The position numbers and the translations under genes are program-made. A model generated the notes under the pieces. It made no database searches and had not been told where the DNA came from. It saw only the letters and a list, made by a program, of their open reading frames with translations. From assembly GCA_052139675.1 (NCBI GenBank), contig JBKQWE010000085.1:1-64000 (forward strand): DNA of 64,000 nt. Direction: 5' to 3'. How positions within the stretch are numbered: the first letter of the stretch is position 1; the number at the start of each line of letters is the position of its first letter. Of the stretch, positions 44,902 through 55,073 are shown piece by piece. This stretch comes from Candidatus Brocadiia bacterium. Its GTDB lineage: Bacteria; Planctomycetota; Brocadiia; CAIUPP01.

Positions 44902-47900
44902 TTATTTCCGCGAGGCCGCGCTCGCTTTGCGCTGCACAGCTTCGACACCGCCTCGGCGAAGGGCCTGCAGCATCGTCTGGGCGCCGAGAGTGTTGATGTC
45001 GCACTGGAGCGCCGTCCGGAACTCCGCCACCGCGCGCGCGCGTTTGCCCATGCCGAGCAAGCCGAGGCCGATCAGGTAGTGCGCCTGCGCCTTGCGCGTC
45101 GCTGCGCTTCGGCGGTCGCCGAACTTGTCGAAGAAATCGGCTTCCCCGCCTTTCGCGATCTGCCGTTCACCGACGCGCACGAGGTCGTCGAACATCTCGC
45201 GCGCCTCTTTCTCGCGGCCGAGCATTCGGTACGCCTGTCCCTGCCAATACGCAAGGGCGGTCCCGCGGCGTTCCTTCGCCACGGCAGCGGCAAAGCGGCG
45301 GGAAGCCTCGTCGGCGTTCCCGAGCGCCTCCTGCGCCGCGCCGAGGAACCAGTTGATCTCCGGCTCGCGGCCGCCGTCGTGGGGACGCGCGAACTCGAAC
45401 CGCGCCGGGTATTCCATCGCCGCCTCGAAGTCCTTCAGCGCGCGCGCGGCGTCGCCGGCGGCGAGGGACTTTCGGCCGCGCAGGAGATGCGCGTCCACGT
45501 AGACGTCGTGGACCGCATTCTCGCCGCCCTCGGCGACGCGGAAATGCCTGTTCGCCATGAGTTCCACCGCGCGGTCGCAGTCGCCGACGAAGAGGTGGAG
45601 GATGATCTCGCGCAGCAGCGCGTCGTTGCGTTTGAGCACAGTGGCGTGGCGGCGCTCCAGGAACCGCAGCCGCTCGCGGTGAGGCCGCTGGGCCGCGGCC
45701 ATGGCGAGGTCCATCTCGAAGAGGAACCGCGCGTCGTCCGGGTCGAGCGCGATGGCCTTCCTCAGGCTTCGGATCGCCTCCGGGTAGTCCTGCGCGAATT
45801 GCGAATAAGCGAAGGCGAGATTGCGGTGCACAGTGGCGAACCGGCCGTCCAGGCGGCGCGAGCGCTCCCACATGCGGATCGCGTTCTGCGGCTGCAGATC
45901 GCAGAGCAGGTTCCCCAGGTAGTACGGCGCGCGGGCATCGGCCGGATTATGCTTCATCACGCTTTCGAGGACGCGAACGGATTCGAGGCGGTGCGGGAAG
46001 CAGTAATCGGGCGGCATCTTTCCCCCGAGGCGATAATGTTCCGCCGCCTTGCCAGCGTCGCCCTTTCGCTCCCAGTAATAGCCCAGCGTGTAGTGGATCA
46101 TCGGGTCAATGGTCTTCGGCGACGTGATTGGGAACCGCTGGAGGACGTCAATCGCGTCATCCCAGAGCTCCAGGTTCTGGTAATCGGACGCGAGCTCCAG
46201 GTAGTTCTGCGGCTCGCCGCGCAGCAGGGCATCCAGCTCTTTTCGCGACTGGGCGACCGCCTTTTTCTGGCTGAGGGCGAGGACCTGCTCATTCCGCGCG
46301 CGCCAATCCAGCGGGTCCAGGCGCAGAGCCTCCGCCGCGGCTTCGCAGGACTCCTTGAGCGATCCCATGCGGCGAAGCAGCGCCGCCTTGAGATTCAGCC
46401 CCTTCGGATGGAGCCGGTTGAATGCCAGCGAGCTCTCGATGGACGTCAACGCGGCGCACAGCTTCCCCTGACAAACCTCAATCTCGGCGATTTCATAGTA
46501 GCTCGCGGCGCGCCACGCGAAACACCAGGCGGCGCGGTTCAGCGCATCCAGGGCGTCGGCGCGCTTCCCTTGCGCCTTCAGCGCCACGCCGAGGTAGTAG
46601 AGCGCCTCGCTGTCCTTCGGGCGGGTATAGTTCTTCGTCGCGCGCGCGACCGCGCGGCGCAGCCGCGTCTCAGCCTCGGCATACAGCCCGCGTTTCAGGT
46701 CGAGGAGCGCCAGCGCAATGTTCGCGCGATAGTCGTCCGGGTCGCGCCGAAGCGCTTCCTGGTAGTAGGGGTGCGGCTCCACGGCCGGATTGTGGAATTG
46801 CTCAAGGCGGAGGCCCGTCAGATAGAGCTCCTCGTTCGTCTTCATTTCAGCGGGCGGGCCGGGCGGGACCATCGGCTTGGGCATCGCGGCGCCTTTCGGC
46901 CTTATCGGCCGGTACCCGACGAGTTCCTTCCCGCCTGCGAGTAGCGCCGCCTGAAGCTCGGTCTCCTGGACGCCTTTCGGCAGGGCGACTTCCGTGGCAA
47001 AAGGCCGCGCGGGGCTGATGTCAATCCGGCGCTCGACCAGCACCCGGCCGCCGGCCTTGAGGAGAACGGTCGCGCCCTTGAGGTTCGCCGTCGCGTTGAA
47101 GGCCAGCCGGGCGACATTCTCTTTGCTGACTTCGAGGTTCACGGCCGCGTCGCGCGTCGCGTTCTTCACCCCGCCGAGGTTCCGGATCGGGTACCAGTAC
47201 TCCACGGCGGACCGCGTCTCGGTCGGCTCGATCCAACTGTAATCGGGCTGGTTGTCCGAGTACGCGCCGCTCATGAGTTCCACGTAGGGCGTGTCGCCGT
47301 CGCTGAGGACGTTCCTGTGCCACATCTCGCCGGGGGCGCCCGCGCCGAAGGTCCAGAACTTCATGCCCGGCGAGACGTGGTGATCCGCCACGCGCGCCAC
47401 GCCCGCGTCCTTCGAGTAGTCGTACCCGGCCAGGAAATCGTCATGCTCGTTCCACGCGAAGATGGAGATCATGCTCGGATGGTTCTTCCACCAGCTCACG
47501 TCCACCCCGGCTCTGTAATCCACGCCGGCGTAGATCTCATGTGCGATCGGCCAGTGGACGAACTCGTGCTTTCCATGCTGGACGCCGTACTCGATCGCCG
47601 GCGGGAAGATCACGCGGTAGTCCGGATTGACGTGCACGGCCGCGTTGGTGAAGCAGAGCATCGAGTGCGCCAAAGGCGTGCGGTTGAACATCTTCAGCGT
47701 CACTTCGAGGAACGACCGGCCCGGATAAACGGTCATGCCCACAGTCCACTTCATGCGATGCCTGCGCTCGACCTCGCCGACCCACGCCGTCCGGCCGCCG
47801 TCGGCGCGCTCCTCCAGGCGATAGTCCACCGGCATGAACGTCGTCGCCCGGTGATGGTGCGGCAAGTCCCACTCGACTCCGCCGGAAATCCACGCCCCGA

Positions 47901-48225
47901 GCATCCCGATCAGCGCCGGCTTGATGACCCGCTGGCGATAGAAAAAGTCGTAGTGGTCCGTCTTATCCAGCCCCGCGAAAATCCTCCCGCCGAGCTCCGG
48001 CAGCACTGTGACCTGGAGGTACTCGTTCTCCAGGCAGACCGCCTTGTATCTCTTGTCAACCCTGGTATCGCTCAGCTTGTCGAGGAACGGATACGGATAG
48101 ACCGTCCGTTTCGCTCCCTGGTAGCCCTGACCCGAATAGAAGAGCGGATTGATCTCGGGCGCTCCGAGCGCGTAAGTAGGGATCACGAGCGGACATTCGC
48201 GGACGCTTGCGGCGCTCCTCGGCAT
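44902..48225 (-). CDS. DUF5107-like N-terminal domain protein with extensive TPR repeats
   Basis: 1107 aa. The N-terminal 400 aa form a globular W/Y/H-rich domain (WDLPHHHRATTF..., HWPIAHEIYAGVDY), followed by many TPR-like helical repeats. AGGAGA RBS. Confidence 0.6.
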   Translation of the reverse strand: MPRSAASVRECPLVIPTYALGAPEINPLFYSGQGYQGAKRTVYPYPFLDKLSDTRVDKRYKAVCLENEYLQVTVLPELGGRIFAGLDKTDHYDFFYRQRVIKPALIGMLGAWISGGVEWDLPHHHRATTFMPVDYRLEERADGGRTAWVGEVERRHRMKWTVGMTVYPGRSFLEVTLKMFNRTPLAHSMLCFTNAAVHVNPDYRVIFPPAIEYGVQHGKHEFVHWPIAHEIYAGVDYRAGVDVSWWKNHPSMISIFAWNEHDDFLAGYDYSKDAGVARVADHHVSPGMKFWTFGAGAPGEMWHRNVLSDGDTPYVELMSGAYSDNQPDYSWIEPTETRSAVEYWYPIRNLGGVKNATRDAAVNLEVSKENVARLAFNATANLKGATVLLKAGGRVLVERRIDISPARPFATEVALPKGVQETELQAALLAGGKELVGYRPIRPKGAAMPKPMVPPGPPAEMKTNEELYLTGLRLEQFHNPAVEPHPYYQEALRRDPDDYRANIALALLDLKRGLYAEAETRLRRAVARATKNYTRPKDSEALYYLGVALKAQGKRADALDALNRAAWCFAWRAASYYEIAEIEVCQGKLCAALTSIESSLAFNRLHPKGLNLKAALLRRMGSLKESCEAAAEALRLDPLDWRARNEQVLALSQKKAVAQSRKELDALLRGEPQNYLELASDYQNLELWDDAIDVLQRFPITSPKTIDPMIHYTLGYYWERKGDAGKAAEHYRLGGKMPPDYCFPHRLESVRVLESVMKHNPADARAPYYLGNLLCDLQPQNAIRMWERSRRLDGRFATVHRNLAFAYSQFAQDYPEAIRSLRKAIALDPDDARFLFEMDLAMAAAQRPHRERLRFLERRHATVLKRNDALLREIILHLFVGDCDRAVELMANRHFRVAEGGENAVHDVYVDAHLLRGRKSLAAGDAARALKDFEAAMEYPARFEFARPHDGGREPEINWFLGAAQEALGNADEASRRFAAAVAKERRGTALAYWQGQAYRMLGREKEAREMFDDLVRVGERQIAKGGEADFFDKFGDRRSAATRKAQAHYLIGLGLLGMGKRARAVAEFRTALQCDINTLGAQTMLQALRRGGVEAVQRKASAASRK

Positions 48226-48253
48226 CGTCGTCTTCTCCTCTACGTTGAATGTC

Positions 48254-49342
48254 CTACTCCAGGCAGCCGCTGCCTTCGATGGGCCACACGTCCTCGACCA
48301 CGTCGCCGCGCGCCACGATCATCCGGCGATGGAGGTTGCTGGTGGTGCAGCCGTGCGACGGGATGAGCCGCAGGCGGTCGCCGATTCCGGCGGCCGCGTT
48401 CTTCACCGACGTGTGCTCTTCGGAAAGCTTGAGGACCTCCGCTGCCGGGTTTCCCATGACGGCGGGAAGGCCGAAATCGGAGCCGATCCCTTTGAGGCCG
48501 ACGTCGCAGATCGCGCGGTCCGGCTGGACGGAGATCACGGTCGCCAGGACGAACATGGCGTTGCGGAATTCCGGGCGCCGCGTCTTGTAATGCTTGTCCA
48601 TCAGCGCGTAACTCCCGGCCTGGACCTCGTTCATTCCCTCGATATTGCCGGTGACGTCATAGGTTCCGGTGCCGCCGCCCGAGATGATCGCGCACGGCAG
48701 CCCATGCCGCTCGAGTTCGGACCGCAGGGCGACGAGGCGGCCGATGCATTCCGTCGTGCGGCGCGCGCGTTCCCCGGCGTCCGGCAGCAGAACGAGGTGC
48801 CCTTCGTAGCCTTGCAGGCCGTCGAAGCGGAGGCCCGGCGAGTCGTGGACCTGCCGAGCCAGATCGAACGTCGGCTCGCCCGGCTGCACGCCGCAGCGGT
48901 TCATGCCGATATCCACCTCGACCAGGACGCCGATGGTCACGCCCGCCTCCTGCGCAGCGGCGTCGAGTTCGCGGACGTTCTGCGGCGAGTCCACGGCCAC
49001 TCGTACGACGGCGCGGCGGTTGAGTTCGGCCAGGCGGCGGCACTTGCCGGGCCCGACCACCTGGTTGGCGATGAGCACGTCGGCGATGCCGCCGGCGACG
49101 AGCGCTTCGCCTTCGGAAAGCTTGGCGGCGGTGATCCCCACCGCGCCGCCGGCCTGGAGTTGCCGGTGCGCGAGCGTCACGCACTTGTGCGACTTGAAGT
49201 GCGGGCGCAGCTTGCAGGGGCGCTGCGCAAAGTAGCGGGCCATCGTGTCGAGGTTGAACTGTAGCGCGTCGGCGTCCGCGACCAGCGCCGGCGTTTCCAC
49301 TCGGTCCAGGGTCTTACCGATGAGTTCGTGACGGTCCGCCAT
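48254..49342 (-). CDS. DSD1/D-threonine-aldolase family PLP enzyme (alanine-racemase-like fold)
   Basis: PHFKSHKC PLP-lysine motif of the D-serine dehydratase-like family. C-terminal domain CTTSNLH. Confidence 0.75.
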   Translation of the reverse strand: MADRHELIGKTLDRVETPALVADADALQFNLDTMARYFAQRPCKLRPHFKSHKCVTLAHRQLQAGGAVGITAAKLSEGEALVAGGIADVLIANQVVGPGKCRRLAELNRRAVVRVAVDSPQNVRELDAAAQEAGVTIGVLVEVDIGMNRCGVQPGEPTFDLARQVHDSPGLRFDGLQGYEGHLVLLPDAGERARRTTECIGRLVALRSELERHGLPCAIISGGGTGTYDVTGNIEGMNEVQAGSYALMDKHYKTRRPEFRNAMFVLATVISVQPDRAICDVGLKGIGSDFGLPAVMGNPAAEVLKLSEEHTSVKNAAAGIGDRLRLIPSHGCTTSNLHRRMIVARGDVVEDVWPIEGSGCLE

Positions 49343-49371
49343 GTCCTTCTCCTCTCTGGGCCGCGCTCTCT

Positions 49372-50922
49372 TCAAGCGCGCGCGCCCACTGCGCGGCCGG
49401 GCAGCTCTTCGGTCATCCGGCCGCCGTCGAGCACCAGGCGGCCGTTGACGGTCACATACTCGACGCCCTCGGCGTACTGCCGGCCGTCTTCATACGTGGA
49501 TCGGTCGGCGATGGTGTCCGGGTCGAAAACGACCGCGTCGGCCGCCATGCCGGGACGGAGCAGCCCGCGATCCCGCAGCCGATACCGCGCGGCGGGCGCG
49601 CCGGTCATCTTGCGGACGGCCTCCTCCAGCGACAGCCAGCGGCGCTCGCGGACCGCCTCGCGCAGGATCTTCGGGAATGCGCCGTAGGCCCGCGGATGCG
49701 GTCGGCCGCCCTGAAAGACGCCGTCCGAACTGACCATGTGCAACGGGTGAGTCAGGGCGCCGCGGAGGCGCTCCTCGTTGTGCCAGTGCGAGATCAGCAG
49801 CGGCATGAGCCGCTCCTGCACCAGCAGGTCGGCGGCGAAATCCACAGGCGCCTTGCCGCTCTCGCGGATCGCCTGCGCGAGCGTCTTTCCCAGCAGGCGC
49901 TGGTTCTCAGCCGTCGAGAGGGACGCGAAGACCAGGTCATCGAGCGAGTTGGGACCGCGGGCCAGGTGTGCCGTCGCTTCGGCCCGGAAGTGATCTCGCT
50001 CATGCGGATCGGCGAGCCGGGCGAGAATCTGCGCCGGGCTACCGGTCTGGAGGCGCGGCGGAAGATAGAACAACAGGCTCGTGCATCCGGCCATGTACGG
50101 ATAGGCGTCGAAGGTGACATCCACGCCGTCCCGGCGCAGCGCGTCAATCCGTTCACCGTCGAAGAAATGGCTGAAATGGATCGGCGCGCCCGATCCGCGC
50201 GCGATGGAGACCAACTCCTCAACGGCCTCCTTCGGGCGGCGGCCATAGTTCCTGAGATGGCAGGAGACGAGGCCGCCGTATTGCGCGACGACTTTGGCGA
50301 CGGCGGTGGTTTCCTCGACGGACGCGTGGGCGGCCGGATAATAGTCCAGCCCCAACTGAAGGCCGGTCGCGCCGGACTCCATCATCTCGCGGGCCATCGT
50401 TTTCATCTTCTCCAGTTCGTCGCGCGTCGCCGGACGGGCCTCCCAGCCCATCGCTTCGACGCGAAGAGAATTGAACGGGACCTGCGGGAGCACGTTCAAG
50501 GCGACTCGCCGGTCGAAGCGCTCGAGGTACTCGGCATAGGTGCGCCAGTTCCAGGACGGAAGGCGCGGGCCGTAAAAGGGGGCGAGGTAGTCACACATCT
50601 CGCTCATCCGGTCCGGGGAAAGCGCGGCCAGGGAGAAGCCGTCGGACGACATGATATCCGTCGTGACGCCCTGGCGAATGCGCGCCTCGGACGCTGCGCC
50701 GGAGAGAAGGTCAAGCTCCGAATGGACGTGAACGTCAATGAAGCCGGGGCAGAGCGCCTTGCCCGAAACGTCAATCCGCCGGGCGGCCTGCGCGCCGGAG
50801 AGCTGGCCCATCGCCGTGATGCGGTCGCCGACGATGCCGACATCCGCGCGAAACGGCGGACTGCCGGCGCCGTCAATCACGCGGGCATTCTGGAACAGAA
50901 GATCGAAAGGTCCGGGATTCAC
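49372..50922 (-). CDS. N-acyl-D-amino-acid deacylase (D-aminoacylase) family amidohydrolase
   Basis: LLFQNARVIDGAG..., PGFIDVHVHSELDLL metal-binding HxH, 517 codons. GTG start overlaps the upstream GNAT stop (GTGA). Confidence 0.75.
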   Translation of the reverse strand: MNPGPFDLLFQNARVIDGAGSPPFRADVGIVGDRITAMGQLSGAQAARRIDVSGKALCPGFIDVHVHSELDLLSGAASEARIRQGVTTDIMSSDGFSLAALSPDRMSEMCDYLAPFYGPRLPSWNWRTYAEYLERFDRRVALNVLPQVPFNSLRVEAMGWEARPATRDELEKMKTMAREMMESGATGLQLGLDYYPAAHASVEETTAVAKVVAQYGGLVSCHLRNYGRRPKEAVEELVSIARGSGAPIHFSHFFDGERIDALRRDGVDVTFDAYPYMAGCTSLLFYLPPRLQTGSPAQILARLADPHERDHFRAEATAHLARGPNSLDDLVFASLSTAENQRLLGKTLAQAIRESGKAPVDFAADLLVQERLMPLLISHWHNEERLRGALTHPLHMVSSDGVFQGGRPHPRAYGAFPKILREAVRERRWLSLEEAVRKMTGAPAARYRLRDRGLLRPGMAADAVVFDPDTIADRSTYEDGRQYAEGVEYVTVNGRLVLDGGRMTEELPGRAVGARA

Positions 50923-51455
50923 TTGGACTCCTGCCGAGTTCCTCGGCGCCTGTCCGGGATTATCAGCTTGACCATCTTGTAATCGTCCATCACAAAGCCG
51001 CGGCCGATCTTCCGGATGAGGCGCTTTGCCTTGGCAAAGCCCATGCGCTCGTAGAAGGCGATGGAACCTGCGTTGTGCCGGTTGACCGTCAGCCACAGCC
51101 TGCGGATGCCCCTCTCGGCGCAGCAGGCCTCGGCGAAGGCGATGATCGCTTTGCCCAGGCCGCGCCCGCGCCGCGCGTGGCGCACGTAAATCTTGCTGAG
51201 CTGCGCGGCGCGCTTCGTCCGGGCGGGCACGAGGGCGAAATAGCCCGCGTGCCGGCCGCGGTCGCTCACGAGATAGTACTCGTAGCCGGCGGCGATCTGT
51301 CCGCGGATCGCCGGCGCGCTCTGGAACCGTTCGAGCATGTAATCCACCTGCGCCTGTCCGATGATCGGAACGAAGTGCTCGTTCCAGATCTCGCGGGCCA
51401 GGTCGGCCACCGCCTTGATCTGCGACGCCTTGCGGACTTTCATCATCTCGACCAT
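50919..51455 (-). CDS. GNAT family N-acetyltransferase
   Basis: RGRGLGKAIIAFAE...NAGSIAFYERMGF acetyl-CoA-binding motifs. Confidence 0.75.
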   Translation of the reverse strand: MVEMMKVRKASQIKAVADLAREIWNEHFVPIIGQAQVDYMLERFQSAPAIRGQIAAGYEYYLVSDRGRHAGYFALVPARTKRAAQLSKIYVRHARRGRGLGKAIIAFAEACCAERGIRRLWLTVNRHNAGSIAFYERMGFAKAKRLIRKIGRGFVMDDYKMVKLIIPDRRRGTRQESK

Positions 51456-51557
51456 GACGCAACGTCTCCGCAGCCGATGATTTTCGTCAGTATGCCACGC
51501 CTCATCACCGAAGGCAATACAGGGCAGCTTGACGGAAACGACCTCGGTCGTCACAAT

Positions 51558-52982
51558 ATGAACTCCAAACGGATGTCGCCGACGGAGCACGTTTCAGGAG
51601 CGGGAATGCTTTTTCACACCTGGGTCTTCGCCGCATTTTTTCTGGTGTTCTACCCGGTCTACCTGGCGGTCAAGGGCACCCGTCTGCGGGACTACTGGCT
51701 GCTGCTGTCGTCATACGTGTTCTACGGCTGGTGGAACCCGCTGTACCTGCTGCTCATCAGCTACTCGACCGTGGTGGACTACTTCGTCGTCCTGCGGATG
51801 GTGAAGAGCCCGCACCGGAAACGGTGGCTGGCGCTGGCGGTGACCAACAACCTGTGCCTGCTGGCCACGTTCAAGTACGCCGGGTTCCTGACGGAGAACC
51901 TGAACGCGCTGCTGGCCGCGCTCGGAGGACAGTACGTCATCCCGGTGCCGAACTGGCTGCTGCCGGTGGGGATATCGTTCTACACCTTCCAGTCCATGAG
52001 TTACACCATAGACTGCTATCGCGGCCGCATCCAGCCGGAGCCGCGGTTCGTGCGGTTCGCCACGTTCGTGTCGCTGTTCCCGCAACTGGTGGCCGGGCCG
52101 ATCCAGCGCGCGTCGAACCTGCTGCCGCAGTTGCAGCAGGAGCAGAAGGTCACGCGGGCGGACGTGACGGACGGGCTGTCGCTCTTCCTGGTGGGCTTGT
52201 TCAAGAAGGTGGCGCTGGCGGACTACCTGGCGCTTTACGTGGACAAGGTCTACGGCGCTCCGGCACAGTACCAGGGTCCGGCGCTGCTGCTGGCGACGGC
52301 GGCGTTCGGGTGGCAGATCTACTTCGACTTCAGCGGCTATACGGACATGGCCCGCGGCATCGCGCGGATGATGGGCTACAAGCTGATGCTGAACTTCAAC
52401 CATCCGTACCTGGCGACGGGGCTTGGGGATTTCTGGTCGCGGTGGCACATCAGCCTGTCGAGCTGGTTCAAGGACTACGTGTACATCCCGATGGGCGGGA
52501 ACCGTGAAGGAACGCTGAAGACCTACAGGAACATGTGCCTGACCATGCTCATCTCGGGAGTGTGGCACGGAGCGACGTGGATGTTCGTCATCTGGGGCGC
52601 GCTGCACGCGCTGGGGCGGGTGCTCACGCGCGAGCTGGAAGGGACGGCGTTCTGGATGGAGCGCGTGCCGAAGTTCGTTAAGCAGATGCTGGTGTACGGC
52701 TTCGTCACCTTCGCATGGATCTTCTTCCGGGCGCGCTCGATGGGGGACGCGAAGGTGATCATCTCGAGGATCTTCAACCCGCAGTGGGTGGACCCGTCGT
52801 TCCCGCTGCTCGCGGCGATGCTGGTGCTGATGGTGTGGCTGTACCAATACCTGTATGAGTCGCGGGCGCGCTGGGCGCTGCAGCTTGCGCCGGTGCAGAC
52901 CGGGATGGCGGCGTGCATGGTCCTGTACCTGGCGACGATGGTGGGATCGAGCGACCGTCCGTTCATCTATTTCCAGTTCTGA
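51558..52982 (+). CDS. MBOAT family membrane-bound O-acyltransferase (AlgI/DltB/PatA-like)
   Basis: Polytopic protein with the conserved His region WHISLSSWFKDYVYIPMGG and SGVWHGATW. The start may be a downstream Met; a TTGACG-N17-CACAAT promoter-like sequence abuts the first ATG. Confidence 0.85.
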   Translation: MNSKRMSPTEHVSGAGMLFHTWVFAAFFLVFYPVYLAVKGTRLRDYWLLLSSYVFYGWWNPLYLLLISYSTVVDYFVVLRMVKSPHRKRWLALAVTNNLCLLATFKYAGFLTENLNALLAALGGQYVIPVPNWLLPVGISFYTFQSMSYTIDCYRGRIQPEPRFVRFATFVSLFPQLVAGPIQRASNLLPQLQQEQKVTRADVTDGLSLFLVGLFKKVALADYLALYVDKVYGAPAQYQGPALLLATAAFGWQIYFDFSGYTDMARGIARMMGYKLMLNFNHPYLATGLGDFWSRWHISLSSWFKDYVYIPMGGNREGTLKTYRNMCLTMLISGVWHGATWMFVIWGALHALGRVLTRELEGTAFWMERVPKFVKQMLVYGFVTFAWIFFRARSMGDAKVIISRIFNPQWVDPSFPLLAAMLVLMVWLYQYLYESRARWALQLAPVQTGMAACMVLYLATMVGSSDRPFIYFQF

Positions 52983-52995
52983 GAGGCTGTGCGGT

Positions 52996-54156
52996 ATGAC
53001 CTCCAGTGTTCAAGCCGAGCCAAAGGCGCTCGAACTCAGGCGCGAGGAGGCGCTGTACGGCTCGGTGGAGATGCCGTTGTCGCTGCGGCAATGGATGTGG
53101 GTCGCGGCGGTCGTGCTGGCGGTGCTGGCGGGACTGCCGGTCATCGGGCGGCGGCTGGAGGCTTTCCAGCCGGGCCCGGACTACCGCATTCCCTACGAGA
53201 TGAGCAGCGACTACTGGCTGTTCGAGCGATACAGCCGTCTGGCGGCGTCGGAATCGAAGACGCTGGTGGTCGGAGATTCGGTGGTCTGGGGCGAATACGT
53301 CGCCGCCGATGAGACGTTGTCTCACTACCTCGCGGCGCCGGACGGCGAGAACGGGTTCGCGAACCTGGGCGTGGACGGGATGTATCCGGTGGCGCAGCGC
53401 GGCCTCCTGGACTGGTACGGCGGAGGCATATCGAACTCGCGGGTCATCCTGCACTTCAATCCGCTCTGGATGGCGTCGCCGGAGCACGACCTTCGCGCGG
53501 GAAAGGAGTTCCGTTTCAACCATCCGGAACTTCTCCCGCAGTTCTCGCGGGAGATCCCGGCGTACAAGGCGTCCTTTGCCGACAGGCTGGCGATCGTGGC
53601 GGAACGCCTGCTGCCGTTCCGGCCCTGGGTGCGGCACTGGCGCTGGGAGTGCCTGGGCGGCGCGGACCTGGCCCGCTGGACGCTGAAGCATCCGTACGGC
53701 AGCCCCTTCACAGTGTCCGTGAGACGCGGCGAGGAGGACGAGCCGGCGCGACGCGTGAACCTGTCGTGGAAAGAGCGCGGGGCAACGGTGCAGGACTTCC
53801 CATGGGTCTCGCTGGCGGAGTCGCCCCAATGGCGCGCGTTCCGGGATTCGGTGGAGATGCTCCGCCGGCGCGGCGACACGGTGCTCGTGGCGGTGGGCCC
53901 GCTCAACGAATACATGCTCACGCCGCGGAGCCGTGACGGCTATCGCCGCGTGGTGAGCGAGGTGGGGCAGTGGCTGCGCGAGAACGGCGTGCTGTATTTC
54001 GCGCCTCCGGCGCTGCCCAGCGAGTATTATGCGGACGCGAGCCATCCGCTGCGCGCGGGATATGCGATGCTCGGACGCGAGCTGCTGGCGAGCGAGCCGT
54101 TCGCACGGCTCCTCCAGCCGGCGACCGAAAAGTTAGCGCAAGGAAGGGAAAGATGA
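52996..54156 (+). CDS. AlgX/AlgJ/PatB-like periplasmic SGNH-type acyltransferase/esterase partner of MBOAT
   Basis: Signal anchor WMWVAAVVLAVLAGLPVIG, then a GDS block (LVVGDSVVWGEY). Placed immediately downstream of the MBOAT gene. Confidence 0.5.
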   Translation: MTSSVQAEPKALELRREEALYGSVEMPLSLRQWMWVAAVVLAVLAGLPVIGRRLEAFQPGPDYRIPYEMSSDYWLFERYSRLAASESKTLVVGDSVVWGEYVAADETLSHYLAAPDGENGFANLGVDGMYPVAQRGLLDWYGGGISNSRVILHFNPLWMASPEHDLRAGKEFRFNHPELLPQFSREIPAYKASFADRLAIVAERLLPFRPWVRHWRWECLGGADLARWTLKHPYGSPFTVSVRRGEEDEPARRVNLSWKERGATVQDFPWVSLAESPQWRAFRDSVEMLRRRGDTVLVAVGPLNEYMLTPRSRDGYRRVVSEVGQWLRENGVLYFAPPALPSEYYADASHPLRAGYAMLGRELLASEPFARLLQPATEKLAQGRER

Positions 54157-55061
54157 GAACCGCAGCAGTACGCGTCATGATGGGACTGGCCCTTGCCGCC
54201 GCGCTGACCTGGGGATGCACGCGCCGCGACGCGGCTCCGAAGGGGACCTCGAAAGAACCATCTCCGCCGGCGGCGATAACCCCGGCGCCGCCCGACCGGC
54301 GCCCATTGATCGTGTTCTCCAGCGACCGATCAGGGCAGTGGAGGCTCTGGACGATTCAGCCGGACGGGACGGGGATGAAGCAATTGACCCAGGGCGGGCC
54401 GGAGGACGCGGACGTGGACCCGGCGTTCAGTCCGGACGGCGCGAGCATTTTGTTCACGTCAACGCGCGGCGGGAGTTCCGGCATCTGGCGGATGACGATT
54501 GCGACGGGGAAGATGGAGCGGGTCTGCGACGGCGACCAGGCCGGATGGTCGCCGGACGGCAATAGCATCGTCTTCCGCAGGAGCGAGAGGATATTCAGGC
54601 GCGACCTGGCCGGCGGCGCGGAGAAGGCGCTCTCGCCGGAGAGCTGGCCGCACTGCTCGGGGCCGGCGTGGAGTCCCAAAGGCGGCGAGATCGCGTTCGC
54701 GTGCCGATGGGATGCGGGGAACGGCGTGTACGTGATGCCGGCGGAGGGCGGCGAGCCGAGGAAGGTCTTCGGCGAACAGGGCGCGTGCCAGCCGCACTGG
54801 TCGCCGGACGGCGCGAAGATCGTCTATGAGACCGAGACCAACCTGTGCAGCATCAACCCCGACGGGACGCACAACCGCACCGTGACCTATTACGGCGGAG
54901 TGCAACGCCTTGCCCGATGGAGCCCGGACGGCAGCCGGCTGGTGTTCTGTCAGGCGGCCTCACCGAGCGGTCCGTGGGAGTTGTACACGGTGCCCGCGCA
55001 GGGCGGCGACCCGACGCGGCTGACCGAAGGCGGATCGGACATGTACCCGGACTGGAAGTAG
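54153..55061 (+). CDS. TolB-like PD40 beta-propeller lipoprotein
   Basis: Lipobox LTWGC. Five PD40 repeats (FSPDGASILF, WSPDGNSIVF, WSPKGGEIAF, WSPDGAKIVY, WSPDGSRLVF). ATGA overlap with the upstream gene. Confidence 0.8.
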   Translation: MRTAAVRVMMGLALAAALTWGCTRRDAAPKGTSKEPSPPAAITPAPPDRRPLIVFSSDRSGQWRLWTIQPDGTGMKQLTQGGPEDADVDPAFSPDGASILFTSTRGGSSGIWRMTIATGKMERVCDGDQAGWSPDGNSIVFRRSERIFRRDLAGGAEKALSPESWPHCSGPAWSPKGGEIAFACRWDAGNGVYVMPAEGGEPRKVFGEQGACQPHWSPDGAKIVYETETNLCSINPDGTHNRTVTYYGGVQRLARWSPDGSRLVFCQAASPSGPWELYTVPAQGGDPTRLTEGGSDMYPDWK

Positions 55062-55073
55062 AGGAGTTTCCCA

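Noticed and set aside
51456-51557. Leaderless-mRNA interpretation of the MBOAT gene (TTGACG-N17-CACAAT abutting the ATG at 51558)
   Set aside because: Plausible but unproven. The true start may be a downstream Met (MSPTEH or MLFHTW) with the promoter providing a short leader. Left as a note in the feature rather than a finding.
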